Shown in pieces: positions 37,446-51,780 of a stretch of DNA of 64,000 bases. The notes under the pieces are model-generated. The model worked only from the letters and a program-made list of their open reading frames with translations, had not been told where the DNA came from and searched no databases. The position numbers and the translations under genes were made by a program. Within the stretch, counting starts at the first letter, position 1. Each line of letters starts with the position of its first letter. Source of the DNA: Mytilus californianus (taxonomy: Eukaryota); assembly GCF_021869535.1 (NCBI RefSeq), contig NW_026262745.1, positions 74,152,001 through 74,216,000 on the forward strand, written 5' to 3'.

Positions 37446-38405
37446 CGTTTAAGGCTCTATTAAATGTTAAGAAAAAACAGTTTTTTTTATCTGATATATC
37501 AAATTTTAACTTAAAACATTTTTGAAAAATAAACAGTACAAATACGCTTCTTGGTACAAATAAGTGTCAAAATAATGGATTGCGTTCTTAATTGGTCTAA
37601 TTATAGCAGTATGGAATAAACAGTGGAACCAAACATGGACTATCAGACATTTGACGCCATAACTCATTTTTTAAATGACCAAAACCATTAGATACAACAT
37701 AGGACGACCATTGCCGGGGTTATTTACTTGCGGTAGACACATGATTCTGAGATAAGTTTCTCCATTGTTTTTAATTAAATACATGTATAAAAAATAGTGC
37801 AGAAAAAAGTAAACTATAAGAAATACATAACTCCAAGGAAAATTGAAAACAAAAAGTCCCTTCTCAGAAGGAAAATCAAAGGCTCAAACACATGAAACGA
37901 TTTGGGAAACAACTATCATATTACATACTTGGTACAGATATTTCCGTTGTAGAAAATGGAGGATTAAACATTATTATATTGCTAGCTAAACCTATATTTG
38001 TGTGACAGTTGCATAAAATTCCATTATATTGACTGCAATGTGTGAGCAAAACACAGACATAATAGTTCAAAATCAGACTGATCAGTAAAGGTTAGAATAT
38101 ACAAAGCCAATGAAATGATTAAGATGATTAACAACGTCCTTACCTAGAATCTATATTTCCAAGACCATCATGTATTATTTGAGAAGTTGATACGGGATAT
38201 TTATCAACATGGTATTCGTATCTTCTAATATATTTTAAAAGCACATTTAAGCTATAATACCTTTCAAACTGACTGCATGTTAGTTCGCGTATTTGAAATT
38301 AAACTTTTAGCCTCTATAATCACGAGTTAACAAATAAAGAATAAAAACAAAACAACATCATAAACTATTAAGACTGAAACGCCAATTTATCTAATTTTAA
38401 CTTAC

Positions 38406-38730
38406 CTTTCATTTCCTGAAGGAAAGTTGATATCGTCAGATTGTTAACAATTAGTAAGTTTTCCAGGGCAGCTTGAGTTCTCTTATCCACAATATCTTCA
38501 GCCAGGTCGTTCATTGCTACAGAAATAGCCTGTTTCACTTCGTGTGCAATCAGATCCTTTAGTTGCTCTGTTAAAATTGAAATATCTAACTCCGCTTTCA
38601 ACGGTGCGTTTAATTTTGTGATTAAAGGTATGTCAATTGCAGTCGTACATTTGTCATCTTCACAAATCTTTGCAAGCATGTGTCCATTCAGTGAAATGGT
38701 AAAAACGAAAATAGCACATCTTTGCAGCAT
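38406..38730 (-). CDS. C1qDC-type gene C, exon 1 only (orphan paralogous first exon)
   Basis: Intact frame MLQRCAIFVFTISLNGHMLAKICEDDKC..AIDIPLITKLNAPLKAELDIS with a consensus donor AAA G|GTAAGT. The ATG used by paralogues (MAF) is ATT here, so the second Met starts the frame. No exon 2 or 3 was found nearby. Confidence 0.8.
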
Positions 38731-39434
38731 CGTGAAAGTAATAATGTTAAAATGAATCTTGATTGTGGATGGATACAGGTTTTATAAGTTGAATCTAAAA
38801 CATGTGATATTGTTATCAACTTTAGTCAATTATGATTAAGCATTTCAGTTACAAAATTTGAGTACATGTCTTAATTATGGCGTAGTAAACAGAAAACATA
38901 TATCATTCATGCCGTTATAACTAGTCTTATGAAGTGATTTACATCAAATTAATCATGTTTCGGGTTAACCCGATCAATTAGAAATACACTTTAATTATGA
39001 AGTTGTCATTTATATTTGAAGTAGTTCTTATTAAATCACATCACAAGCACAAAATGATGTAACTTAACCCAATAATTTAGATGATACTGTTTCGCGTTCG
39101 TGACTTTGAAACAAAGTCGAGAGCAAGTACGTAGCTAAAGGGTGATTCTCCTTCTTTTTTTACGGGAAATAATCCAAAAGGTCGACTGTGGTTAAGATAT
39201 ACGGTTACTTCGAAATAACATGTCCGGGTAGTAATTACAATTCGTGCTAAATTGAGATGTCTGTTTGAGCTTTAAGGATGTATACCTACGAAGTCCACTA
39301 TAGTAGAAATTAAAACGTTAAATTTGAAGCCTCCTGTTAAGATCAATCTCTCAGTACTTGTAAGAACATTTTTCGGCAACTCTCTGATGGGTCTGCATGC
39401 AGCATATTGCACAATAAAGTACTGTAAAAATAAA

Positions 39435-39705
39435 AAAGAAGATATGGTATGATTGGCAATGAGACAACTCTCCACAAGAGACCAAATGACACAGAAATTA
39501 ACAACTATAGGTCACCGTACGGCCTTCAACAATGAGCAAAGCCCATACCGCATAGTCAGCTATAAAAGGCCCCGAAATGACAATGTAAAACAATTCAAAC
39601 GAGAAAACTAACGGCCCAACTTATGCACAAAAAAGAACGACAAACACATAAACAAACGTCAACCACTGAATTACAGGCTCCTGACATGGGACAGGCACAT
39701 ACATA
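39435..39705 (-). mobile_element. Short retroelement 3'-tail copy
   Basis: AAGATATGGTATGATTGGCAATGAGACAACTCTCCACAAGAGACC...CAGGCTCCTGACATGGGACAGG; shares the CCTGT.CCA.GTCAGGAG module with the Naiad tail. Confidence 0.75.
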
Positions 39706-39745
39706 TCCCTATCTAACTTATATATCGGTTAACTTCTTATTTTAA

Positions 39746-39995
39746 ATAAAATTGAGAATGGAAATGTGTCAAAGAGACAACAACCCGACCATAGAACAGA
39801 CAACAGCAGAAGGTCACCAACAGGTCTTCAATGCAGCGAGAAATTCCCGCACCAGGAGGCGTCCTTCAGCTGGCCCCTAAACAAATATATATACTAGTTC
39901 AGTGATAATGAACGCCATACTAAACTCCAAATTGTACACAAGAAACTAAAATTAAAAATAATACAAGACTGACAAAGGCTAGAGGCTCCTGACTT
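39746..39995 (-). mobile_element. 250-bp 5'-truncated copy of the Naiad 3' end with a ~15-bp TSD
   Basis: Near-identical reverse complement of 32662-32918, flanked by ACTTCTTATT(T/C)TAAA at 39732-39746 and 39992-40006. It does not reach the SECIS. Confidence 0.9.
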
Positions 39996-40159
39996 CTTAT
40001 TCTAAAACCTACCTATTGTATAATTGTTAATTCGATTCAGTCATAAACAACAATCAAATTAATCAAATGAATATCTTGTCCAATACAGTTGCCGTCTGTT
40101 CACGCCTATAAAAAAAAAAACACCAGACTAAACTTCTCATACGGCTAGTCTCTAAATGA

Positions 40160-40470
40160 AAGGCGAAATAAACCACAGATATCAAACTCATAAGTCGAAA
40201 ATAAACTGACAACACCATGGCTAAAAAATAAAAAGACCAATTTACAGACAACAGAACAAAATACAACATAAAAAATCGGGATGATATCCGTAAAATTTAC
40301 GAAGGGATGATTTCAACTTCACCATATGGAAATCTTGTAAACAGCATTCCCCTATCAACGAAATCATGATACGAAATACAAGCACTGGAATATCGTATCA
40401 ACTGGGAGATATATACTCCGTATGCAGGCGCTGCTGGAATGTTGCTACATATAAATGGAGAGTTCGCAAT
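40160..40470 (-). pseudogene. Internally deleted RT 3' fragment of a second Naiad-like family
   Basis: The minus strand reads NSPFICSNIPAAPAYGVYISQLIRYSSACISYHDFVDRG...VKLKSSLRKFYG, followed by that family's tail. Confidence 0.85.
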
Positions 40471-42089
40471 ACACCAGTTTCACATTTAACTGCGCATGTC
40501 TAATCTAATTAGCCAAACTATGAAATCACGCGATAATTCCCGAGAGTTCATCAACTGGGGGCTAACGGTTGATAAGCAGTGACCATGCAAAATCATCTGA
40601 TTAAATGTTTGTGTTTACATGTCAAAGCAACATGAGCATCATTTGAATCAAAATATGAACATTATTTTGACGAGACACCTTTATTAACAATGACACATTA
40701 AAAGGTTTTAAAACGGACTACTACTGTGTTGTTGCTTGCGGTAATATACGATCTGATATGCAGCCTGGCTTTAATTGTACCTTTAATTGTCACAAATTCA
40801 CGGTGAGGTCGTTCACTTAACGGGAAGAATAAATTAGATAAATAAGCAGGGCTCACTTCATAAACATAGTATTAGGTCATAAATTAAGAAGTCAATTTAC
40901 ATCTAAGCCATGTGGAATCCTCGTTTTACCTTGTACAATCTCACTAGGTGACAATTGATAAAAAACGTACTCTTTTTATACATACAGTTACTGAAAAAGG
41001 GCGACCATTTGATTAATTTATTTAACTTTTGTACACAATTATTTCCTGCATTTTGTGTTGCAGATTATTCTTTTCCATCCTGCCTTTTCATACTTATTTA
41101 ATTTTTAACTCCTACTAGAATATTAATTGTCTAACCCTCCCCCTAAAATTCAAATGGTCATCCCCTAATACATATACTTAAAATGTTAACCCTAAGACCT
41201 AATTTACACTGATATATTATGGCCAGTACGGTTAATGCCACTTGGGATATTTTAATGATTTAGGAGGGGGTCATTCAGCAATTTGATATTTTTTTTATAG
41301 CAAAGTGTGGTAAATATAGGATATTCAATTAATTTTAATGACATGAAAAATAATAAAGTTTAAAATATGTAGAAAATTACTCTGGCTGCTGGCACTAAAC
41401 CTCTGCTTAGACGAGGTCGTTCATGAACATAGCTTAGAAATTAAAATAGTATTGAATGCGTTGTATTATAGTCTGATGTTTGAAAATTAAAGATAAACCT
41501 GTATTTCCTATACGTATTTTAAAACTGCCTAATATCTCACTTCATTATCATGGCCGTCTAAAATATCACTGACGCAGAAATATTTGAAACAAATGTACAT
41601 ACAAATAAGAGGATGTGGTATGAGTGTCAATGGGACAAATCTCAATCCAAGTACCAATGTATAAAAAGTTATAAAACAATTATAAGTCAAAGTACGGTCT
41701 TCAACACGGAGCTGATGCCCTGTCTACTACATGTCTATCGCTAATAGGTTTGGTATTACAATCAACAGGAAAGTGTTCTATTTTATGTTATATGGTTGCT
41801 TTCATCTGTCATTTGACTCTGGTGGATAGTTGTCTCGTTTGCAATCATACCACATCTTTTTGGTTTAAATTTGTTATTCTCTGTATAAACGGTCAAACTA
41901 TTTATTCAGAATATATAAAATAAACGATTATTAATATCTTAAACCTAAAATAATCTCAAGCATACACCATGAGAGAGATGTATATTATTATTTGATTAGA
42001 TATTGTGTTGTTAAATATCTGAGTCAATTTGATGTAGCCCCCTGTCACATATGATATCGTTAATTATCGCGGGATTTAAACTCAAACGC

Positions 42090-42255
42090 GCATAGGATTT
42101 CGAGATCAGCGTTGATATTTCGCTTAGGTGAAACTGGTCTATTGGGAAGCTGAAATCATCTCTGTTGTCGTAATGTTTTGTTATTCTCAATTTGTAGATT
42201 AAGTCAAGATATGAGCCAAAATTAACTGTATCTGTTGTATCTTTTATCCCAACTT
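42090..42255 (-). pseudogene. Decayed Penelope-like RT fragment
   Basis: IKDTTDT..GSYLDL...TKHYDNRDDFSFPI matches the YDKRDDFSFPI region of the main RT. Confidence 0.75.
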
Positions 42256-44905
42256 TAATGTGATGCATGCGTTAATCTTAGTCAAGTTTGGATTTAACAA
42301 GTGAGAGAACATCATATGTTTTTAGCGTAAAGTAAAGTTAAATGATAATTTTCTACAAATGGGTATACAAGCAAACTAAGATGCCCTTCACCAAATTAAA
42401 TAATAGGACAGGATAAAAGTCTTGCTATACGTAGTGTTTTTATCTTCCTATAAAACGGAATGGCTTATTTAATCATTAGATCTATATCAACTATTCTTCC
42501 ACTGTCAAGTCATGAACAAACAAAAGATAAGTTTTACGGAATTTGGTGAGAGCCACATTTGAAAAATAAAGGTTTTATCGTAACTGAAGTTCATCTAAAT
42601 ATTTAGTATTGGTTTCTTTTGGACTGAACATTTGGTTTTCGTTCTGTCTATCTTGATGCATTTATTGTCTATATTAGAATGTGCCAAAATGTACATGTCA
42701 AAGCAAAACCACGTATGCATCATTACTTAAGATTGAATTTTCTCAAGGTGCATTCGTGGTATACAAACACTTCCCGAGAAACGTGATATGTTCACAAGGT
42801 ATTTCAAATATTTTACTTGTAAAAAAACATGATATGGTCACGGAGTATTCCAAATATTTAACCTGTAATAAACACCCAAATTGTTTTAAAATGTGGCTGT
42901 TCTAAGTGCTCCTCGATCGACATTATTGTCTTTCTAATACTAATGTATTATCAGTGTATTACCAATGTGTTTTTAACTGATAGGGTGGAGCTAACGTTTC
43001 AATTTGCAGTCTATTCTAAGAAGTGTGTGATAAGGATCATTGCCGTTATACTTATTATTGCTGATTTCTAATCACAAATTAGTGTCACCAAACAGATATA
43101 CAAAAGAACTGAGTGTAAGATATTGGACAAAAAAAGAAATAGTTTAGGAATTGTATCATTTATATGTGTTTTTAAAGCAAAGTATTTTGAAGGATCGGTT
43201 AATGTATCATTCTGTTTGAAAACTTGCTGATTGTAAGATTTATTTCAAACGAAATTTATAAAAAATGTATATAAAAAGTTGATTATTTCAACCCAATTGT
43301 TCCTTCCTAAATTATGATCAATTCTATTTGCAACTTAACCACGTGCGCACCCTCCCCCCCCCCTCCCCCCAAAAAAAGTTGCATTTTAATTTAAAACAGT
43401 GTTGGGTCAAGAAATGTTCATAAAGGGGGCATTTACTGCGTTAGAGGGACTTCGCGCCAGTCACGCATCGGCGATACCCTAAGTAATCAACCATTTTTTT
43501 CCAACAGAAGGGAGGACCCACACCCCCCCCCCCCCCCCCCGAATCCGGCTCTGAAAAGATGAAAAAAGTATTTTAAAACGTTATAGAATAACGACGTATG
43601 CATATTTTGCAACTACTATTGTCGTAGTTCTACTTTCATATCCACATATTCCAAAATGTCACAATTTTTACATGTTTTTTTAAAAGAAAATAAACGGCTG
43701 TGTCTCATTATTTATTTTTCGAATACACATATAGCGTTTACATTTCTTAACCGGATCAATGACAATAAATGGACACTTCATTGAATGAGTTTATCCCCAA
43801 AAGACCTGTATATATATGTTATAGTTTATCATGAACGAACGAGTTAATTCCGCACAGTCAATTAAAATAAATCAAGTAATATTTGATAATGAATATTGAT
43901 AAATGAAAAATTAAAAAAAACATTTCGCCACTGCTTTACCATTATCATAAATAAATACAAATATGTGTTATTGAAATTAATTTATAAACATGGAAAAATT
44001 AAAGAACTAAAACATTCACCCAATGTTATAATTAGTTAAGTAATTAACCTTTTTATCTAATATATTACTTAATGGAAAAACTGGAAAACTGTTTCAGGTC
44101 TAAATCAAGAATAGAGAACTGCTCTATTAACGTCATTTTGAACTATTTTTCTCATATTGAATTCGGAAAAATTATGACGGGTGCCACATATGCTTTAGGA
44201 GAATCTAAGCATGTAAGCATCAGAGCATTTATTTGCAACCCCTGGTGGGGTGATTGTTGCAGAATTTTTGGCTTTCTATTTCGGTTTTGTGTACTTGTTC
44301 GTCTTTTTGTTATTTTTTTTTTTGTTTTTAGCTTTTTTGCCATGGTTTTGTCAGTTTTCTCTGACTTCCGAGTTTTGAATGTCACATTGTTATGTTCGCC
44401 TCGTTTAGTTCAATCCTAGGACAGATTTGGAATATTCTAACCAATGTTTGATTCTGACAGTTTTATCTTACATTTAACCAAGACTTTAGTATTTTATTTA
44501 TTTTTAACCTGACTCACAGGGAAACTGCAACTATCTGCCTCTGTTTTTAATAAGAGTCGGCGAATCGTTCAAATTTTCGCCATTTAGAACTGTTCAACCC
44601 TACACTGCTAGAACAGTTTCTGACATTCTTACCTACGAACATTTTGGAAAATTTGACCCAAAAACTGATTCTTGCAGTTCAACCCAAAAACACTTCGAAG
44701 TTCTAACTCTCATAGGTTGGAACTGTTCTATGGAACTGGTTGGGGGTGCTATAAGACTTAAGGGACCCTACAAAGATCTAAGGTCAGTTTTACCAACCAA
44801 AATGAATCGTATCCTTATTTTACATGACTTATACATGTATGCTACAAACTTACTACGAATCATATGAGAAAAATATAATAAACTGATCATTTTCAAGTTC
44901 AGACA

Positions 44906-45376
44906 TTAGGTGTAATACCACCATTGATTTTCCCCTATTAGTCTTTGTTATATTTGCACTTTTCAAAAAATTGTGCAGAATTTATTTTTGTTTCAAATAT
45001 AGAAATACTTAGCATGAGTAAAGTTTTATCCTGTCCAGTACTGTAGAAAAAATTTCACATAACATTTCAATGCATATAAGACAATAACCATCACTGGAAG
45101 TTAACCAATCAAATTTTCCCCCTTTTTTAACCTGTGTAGAAACTTTAGTAACCATGTAACCTGAAGTTTCCAAAATATTCTATAGAAACCCCAAATAAAA
45201 AAACAATGGTGCTTTGAAATACCCAAGATATATGTTTATGACCCAGAAATGTTTTACTGCAATGAAATGTAGGATCAATTACCTACAACTGTCAAATTCA
45301 AGGGAATATTTTTTTTCGACCTATTTTCGTATGCAACCGGATGTGACGTACTATGATTTGGTGGTATTACACCTAA
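44906..45376. mobile_element. 471-bp MITE with an 18-bp perfect terminal inverted repeat
   Basis: TTAGGTGTAATACCACCA (44906-44923) and TGGTGGTATTACACCTAA (45359-45376); the outer TA or TT/AA bases may be the target duplication. Confidence 0.85.
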
Positions 45377-47042
45377 ACGTTTGAATTTTTATAGCATAAG
45401 TAAGGAAGCATCATCTTAAGTGGGATACACTATATCTTAGCAAATGGCAAGATCATAGTGAATTGTGCGCGATCTGATAATATTTTGTAGTTCGTAAGTA
45501 TCTAACACACGTCTGCCAAAAAGGTGATCACGAAATGAAAATGACTAACATGCCGAATATGTCTAAAGTATCGAAACATGCTCTTTGGGAACCTTAGTTT
45601 CTTAATCTATCAACATATATTTTATAAAAGTATATTACTACCATGCAAGTACAGAGGCACTGACTCATGATTTTAAAACAGCCTTGGGAAATACAGTCTA
45701 CGAGCAGCGTATCAACCAAGACTAGTGCTAGAAAAATCAAATAATTGCTTTTATATTCATTGTTAGTTTCTTCTTTACATGTAATGGTTTTCTGTTCTTT
45801 AAATTGGCAATGTCCGAATGCCTTATCCTAATGTTAACGGATTAAAGTCAAAGTCAATATTCATACCAAGTTAAAAAAAAATCTTTTGTAGTTTTTAAGT
45901 CTCTTACTGGTGAAAGAAATTATTATAATTTGTAAGGGTTTGTATTTGCAAAAGTGTCTGATTGTCAAGACTTCAAACATTTGATTGAATCGTTTTGTTT
46001 TGGGGTTATAATTGTAGTATATGAATCAAATCGGTCCGTTTCGCTACAGATCCGGATTATGGCACAATCATGATAAATATGAGAGGCAAAAGCAAAATAG
46101 CCTTCGAAGTAAAGTGATGATTACAAAATAATGTGTTACATCTGCAAGTACAATTGTAGTAAGTTAAAAGCTGAATTAGCAATAGGTATGCCACTGGAAC
46201 ATATGTGCCAAGCATGCATGTACAATTTATCTGGCAAGATTCATATTGGGATGATGGAATTGTTTTCTACAAAAAGATCTGTAGCTTCAAAAACTGTATA
46301 AAAGACCGAAAGTATAGTTCTAGGGAACCAGCTATTTAAAAGAATGATAAACGTACAGTTAGATTGAAACTTTTCTATGTGTTGGTTGTTTCTACGTGTT
46401 GGTGTGCCGATTAAATATATAAAACCCTTTCATATACGGTGTACCGTGTTTTCTTACAGGTATGTATTTAAAGCTTTTACAGATCAATCCTCGGGTAGGA
46501 GGAATGATGAGCGCCCTCAAACAAATTTAACATTTGTCATGTTTATAGGTATTTGTAATGATATCATTCGATTATTAAAATAGTCAGGACTAAATGTGTA
46601 TAAGACAAAATTACACGCATGTAGAGAAAATTTCTTCATGTTCCTTTCAAATTTGCACGCTAAATTGTACTTAGTTCATATCAGTTAAGAAATAGCTTCT
46701 CTACTTGGATAACAAGGGGCCACATGACATTCATTATCCTTCGGTATAAAATTCCATCGGTCATTTGCAGGAAAATAAACGGACCGGACTTTTACATGAT
46801 AATGACCAGTGGGGCATGATTTCTCTGTTTAGAGTGATATCCCTTTTATGAAACGTAATCGTGATTCAAACGTTTGGAACATAACTGAACTGGAAGGTAC
46901 CTCTGCTACACACATCTGAAATGCTTTGCCATACTTTCCGATGCTGATAGAGACAAACTACTCAACAACAATAACTCGAGTTTACTTTGAATAATTTGAA
47001 TTTATGAGATTTAAAAAAAAACATAGTACCTCAAAGAAATAA

Positions 47043-47217
47043 ACATAATAGTTATTGAAGAACTGGTCATTATTGTGATACATGGACTGCCCGTAGGACA
47101 GTTGTACTGACTGCGACAGCGATAATGACCTCGCCTACGGCTCAGTCATTATTACTTTCTTAGTCATGGCCAGTCCATATAACACGACAATGACCAGTTT
47201 TTCAATAACTATTATGT
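47043..47217. mobile_element. 175-bp palindromic hairpin element
   Basis: ~47-bp arms ACATAATAGTTATTGAAGAACTGGTCATTATTGTGATACATGGACTG and CAGTCCATATAACACGACAATGACCAGTTTTTCAATAACTATTATGT, with an inner hairpin ATAATGAC-...-GTCATTAT. Confidence 0.85.
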
Positions 47218-49077
47218 AAATACTAGCTAATCTGTCTGAAACTTTCATTCGCAGGTACGTATATATTTATGTCACATATTAGAATTTGATTGGAAGTCAT
47301 AATTATAACTAAAGGTGCATTTATCAATAGTTTATATTTGTTTTATCTGACAATTCAGTGAATGTTTATCAACCAACAATAAATATACAAATGTCTGTTT
47401 TCATAACGTTTATTCAAAGAAATTACTTGTTTAAAACAGCATAACGGTTTAGTGAGAAAGATAATTTTATAGCTGTTCAAAAAGATTTTAAACAAAAGGG
47501 ATCATTCATATTGATTAGATTAAAGAAGCATTGCATAGATTAACTAGAAGATGTCGATCATATAGTTTGATCAATTACTATTCACTAAATATATTGCCGG
47601 GATGATACTGCATCCCATTTCTATATTAATGAAAGAATACCTATACTATATAGTGCTCGTGGATACCTTTATGTAAAACTATGTTTTGTAGTAGGTGTCC
47701 CCAACTCGTGTTAAAATGTCTAGTTTAAATACCCATGGATTAAAAAAGCAAAAGTGTTTTGTATCTCATGATAATTTTCTTATCATCAGTGAAAATGTAT
47801 CTTCCACTGCGTTCTATAAACCTTTTGTGCCAATCGAATCATTAAAATAACTGCTGTTCCATGGTGATAAACGTTTCATTTTGGAGAAGACAACTGAACT
47901 TTTGAACTTTGATTTGTATGAGGTTTATATCTTCTTCCAATTTTTTGCCATTAAATATTCATGCAATACAGTCATAATTCAATATCGGATTCTGTCAAAA
48001 TTCAAATTGTGTCATTATTTAGGAAGAAAGCCATCTGATTAACACAATTTAAATGAAAACACAACAGACTTATCTCCCCTTTAATACATAAAAAAACAAA
48101 AATCCAGAAGGTTATGTGATTGATAACAATAGTGTAGTGCGAACGAACTCGTCACGCACCAACTACAATGTGTTTTATATTCGCTGTGTACATTACAGAA
48201 ATGCTAGATTGCTCGTTGTTTGCTTTACACCCAGTGGCAAATATGTCATGTTTGTTCAGGACGAATTTTCAGTTATACAACTACTTGAATATGTGTGTAC
48301 TACAAAGTAAAGATCGACCAGGATGAAGGACGTGCATTTTCGATTGCCACTTGAGATATAAGCTATGTTGGATAGGGATTGAAAATTTAACAAGCAATAT
48401 ATCAGGTATGTGGAACTGTCATAAAGGATGTTGGATGAAGTATTAAACGTGCAGAGAGCGTGCCACTCTCTACATGAAGCATCGGATAAAACTTCTCCCG
48501 TTCTCACCGAATGTGTCTGCCTTATTAAACATCCCGCATAGCTTAACGGACGTCCATCTAAACAAGGGTTTCATTACAAAAACGGAAGAAGTCCAGAAAT
48601 CCAGGAAAAAAATAATGGATTGATAGACACCAAACATAATATTTAATTTAGGTCTCTCTTGTAAGAATTGAGACATCTTCAATGTAAAACCATAGTGCTA
48701 CAAATCCCCCCTCAATTTTTGTAAGAATTAACATAACCATTCCCTTCATATTATAGGTGTTGCTTTCTATTCAAACTAATAATATTGTTGAACAAATCGA
48801 AAAGTGGACAAAGTCATACGGTACTTTTAGTTTGTGTAATAATTTTGACAGAAGCGGTCCGGAGACACCATATAAGAGTTATTTCCACTTTTGTATTTTA
48901 GCTTTATATTGCTTTTATTCAGAAGCCGTATAAAATTTCGACTAAATATTTTTACAAAACTGACACTACGACATTTTCTAACATATCAATTATCATTGAT
49001 ATGGTCATAAATATAAATTACCTGTTTACAAAACTTAAATTTTTTTATTTGGCCTTTTTGATTTTTGTTTTATTCGA

Positions 49078-49121
49078 GCGTCACTGATGAACCTTTTGTA
49101 GACGAAACGCGCGTCTGACGC
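49078..49121 (+). ncRNA. Hammerhead ribozyme (retrozyme fragment ~48985-49160); stem II damaged
   Basis: GCGTCA-CTGATGA-ACC TTTTGTA GAC-GAAA-CGCGCG-TC-TGACGC; stem I is perfectly Watson-Crick here. Confidence 0.8.
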
Positions 49122-51112
49122 AAATACAGAATTTCAATCCTGGTATCTATGATGAGGTTATATACATATTTTGATTTAAAGGGTGCGTTGACATTGATGG
49201 GAGTTTTTTTCCTATCTTATACTCAAACTAAGCTGAATAGTATAGAACTCATTTCCCATACATAGTAGAGACTAAAGGTCATTGATTTCAGAGCCATGCT
49301 TGATGACCTTGAAATTATGTTTAAGATCGAAGGTAAAATTGACATTCTAGATTTTGTCCTTTGCTGTAGATTCATATCTATACATGATAAAGCCTATGGA
49401 TATTTAGCATTAGGTTAGTAGACATAAAACCTGAAAATGTCAACCAGAAGTGACCTTTTTAAAACGACAAGTTGCAATTTATCTTCCTTTTTTAAGCAAA
49501 AGTATATATAAACTATATATTTTTAGAATCAGAGTAAATTTAGCTATTATTTGACACAGGAAGTAACTTTTAGTTAACCGGATGAAGCGTATTATCTCCT
49601 TTAATCGATGAAAAAAGTGCATGAAACATTGTATTTTCAAAATCAGTGCGTATTTATTTATTGTATTTAAGCCCACACATATAGTTTTTATCAGCTTTTT
49701 CTTATCTTTAGTGAGTTTTAGTGGAAAGACCTGCAATTTTTTCTCCTAAAAATAGGTTTATTAGTTTTGATTAATTTTTTGCTGTTAATATTTTTGAAAT
49801 TATAAATGTTACTGTTCAATTTTGTCAGTCCCTTAACTTTACAAGAGCGGTTGATTTTATCCAATAGTGTATTTTTTAACTATGCACTATATCACTATAT
49901 GTAAGCTTTTAAATTTACAACTTTAAACAACGTTGTTATTTCTTTTAAAAAAAATAGAAAAAAGAATAAACTAACATTTTAGTTTGTGAAATTTATGCTT
50001 TGAATTTTTTTCAAGTATATCATTAAAAAGACTTTGCAATAATTTTTCCAATTTCAAAACAAATTTAAAAAAGAAAAACCTTTAAAGACAGTTTTTAAAA
50101 AGAAAAAAAGATACAGTTTTGCTCCTTACTTTTAACAAAACACCGCAAAAGGACACAGTTGAAAATGTAAACAAAAACAAAAAATATCAACGAATTTAAT
50201 TTTTATTACTTATTAACTATGGAAAAACAGCATTAATAAGAACTTGCACTTAAATGTAATGCACTCAGATTCTCTAATCAGAGTATTTGAAAAACAAGAC
50301 AGATGTCTTTACACACTGTCAAACTGTAAGTCATTTCAGTTTATATATTCATAAAACTTTGATGCAAAACAAGATTTCATGTTCTTACAGGTAATAATGA
50401 AAACCTTGAAGGAGGATATGATTCAATGAAGAGACACGTTTTTTTTAAGAAATGCCCATGTGTTGATTTTTTCATATAAAATATTGACACTGGCCATTGC
50501 TTGAATAAGTGCTCATTATCCAACACAACGAAGAGATCTGACAGAGATATGAAGAAACCTTCCTATTGATGTCTAGTATTTGAATAAATATAAGTGAGGT
50601 TTTACGAAAGATCAATTACTTTTCCACTGACATCATTTTCTGTGTCTGCAAAGCTGTCATCGACCCTAGATGACCCATACCAATACTCAATCCTAGAAGC
50701 CTTCAATTCTACATGACTTAAAAAAGTTTCAAGACATCCAATGTCATTTCTGTAAATTTTAAACAATGAGGCTATTAAAACTTCTCATGTATTATTGCAA
50801 CAATTTCAATTGATCTTAATTTTAAAAGCTAAATTTGACGATAATTTATTATATAATCTTTTTTTTTAATCTCTAAAAACATTCAAAAGTCTAGATATAT
50901 AAAGAATAAAAATATTTTTAAATGAAGAATACTAGACCCTGTTTTCTTTATGATCTTCTATATAAAGGGAACCTTTTGAATACCTGTATAGGCTTAAGGC
51001 TTCTTTTCCACATCTAAAACACATAACTGTCTTCTCAAGGTTTTCAAGTTTACACTTGCACATTTGTTTGTTTTTATAGTGGTTAAGATGACAACACAAT
51101 CTGGACTGCTGT

Positions 51113-51403
51113 ACCCCTAATTTTGACATTTTTACCTATTATGCCTGTTTATTTTGTTCGCGCATCGTTGCCAATATAATGGAGTTGGATGCGACCGTCA
51201 TACAAGTGAGAGGTATAACTAGCTATAAAACCAGGTTCATCCAATTATCTTCTACATAAAAAAATGCCTGTACCAAGTCAGGAATATGACAGTTGTTATC
51301 CATTCGTTTGATGTGTTTGATCATTTGATTTTACCATTCTATTAGGAACTTTCCTTTTTGAATATTCTTCGGAGTTCAGTATTTTTGTGATTTAACTGTT
51401 TGC
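51113..51403 (+). mobile_element. Short retroelement tail inserted in the transposase remnant
   Basis: Flanked by the direct repeat ACTGCTGT (51105-51112 and 51404-51411); contains AAAACCAGGTTCA...CCTGTACCAAGTCAGGA. Confidence 0.8.
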
Positions 51404-51693
51404 ACTGCTGTCAGAATAAGTTGGATGGCATGTCTGAGATTCTGAATTTGCAATTTCAGTTCAAATATAAATATAAAACTTCTGTCCTCTATCCATCATA
51501 TTTTATTTAAAGATGCATTCATTAGTTCTCGACCAAAACCAAAGAACCAATAAAATTGAGGTCAAGGTTAGATAAAAGCTGCCAATTAAGATTAAAGTAG
51601 ACATTGATCATGTTAATTATTGGATTAAAAAACATTTTTTCAATTTCTTCCTTCTTAGTAGAGTTGCTTGACAGGGAAAATTATCACACAAAT

Positions 51694-51780
51694 CAGTGGC
51701 AGATCCAGAAATGTGCACAAGGGATGAGGCCTATTGGTTACTTCAGTGATTCCTTAAATAATCAACGTAATCCGCCTCTG
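51694..51780. mobile_element. 87-bp complete MITE
   Basis: Imperfect TIR CAGTGGCAGAT...ATCCGCCTCTG, with CAAAT directly flanking both sides. Confidence 0.7.

Noticed and set aside
48300-48620. Possible Harbinger-nuclease remnant on the plus strand
   Set aside because: The resemblance is faint and there are many stops, so it cannot be supported without a profile search.
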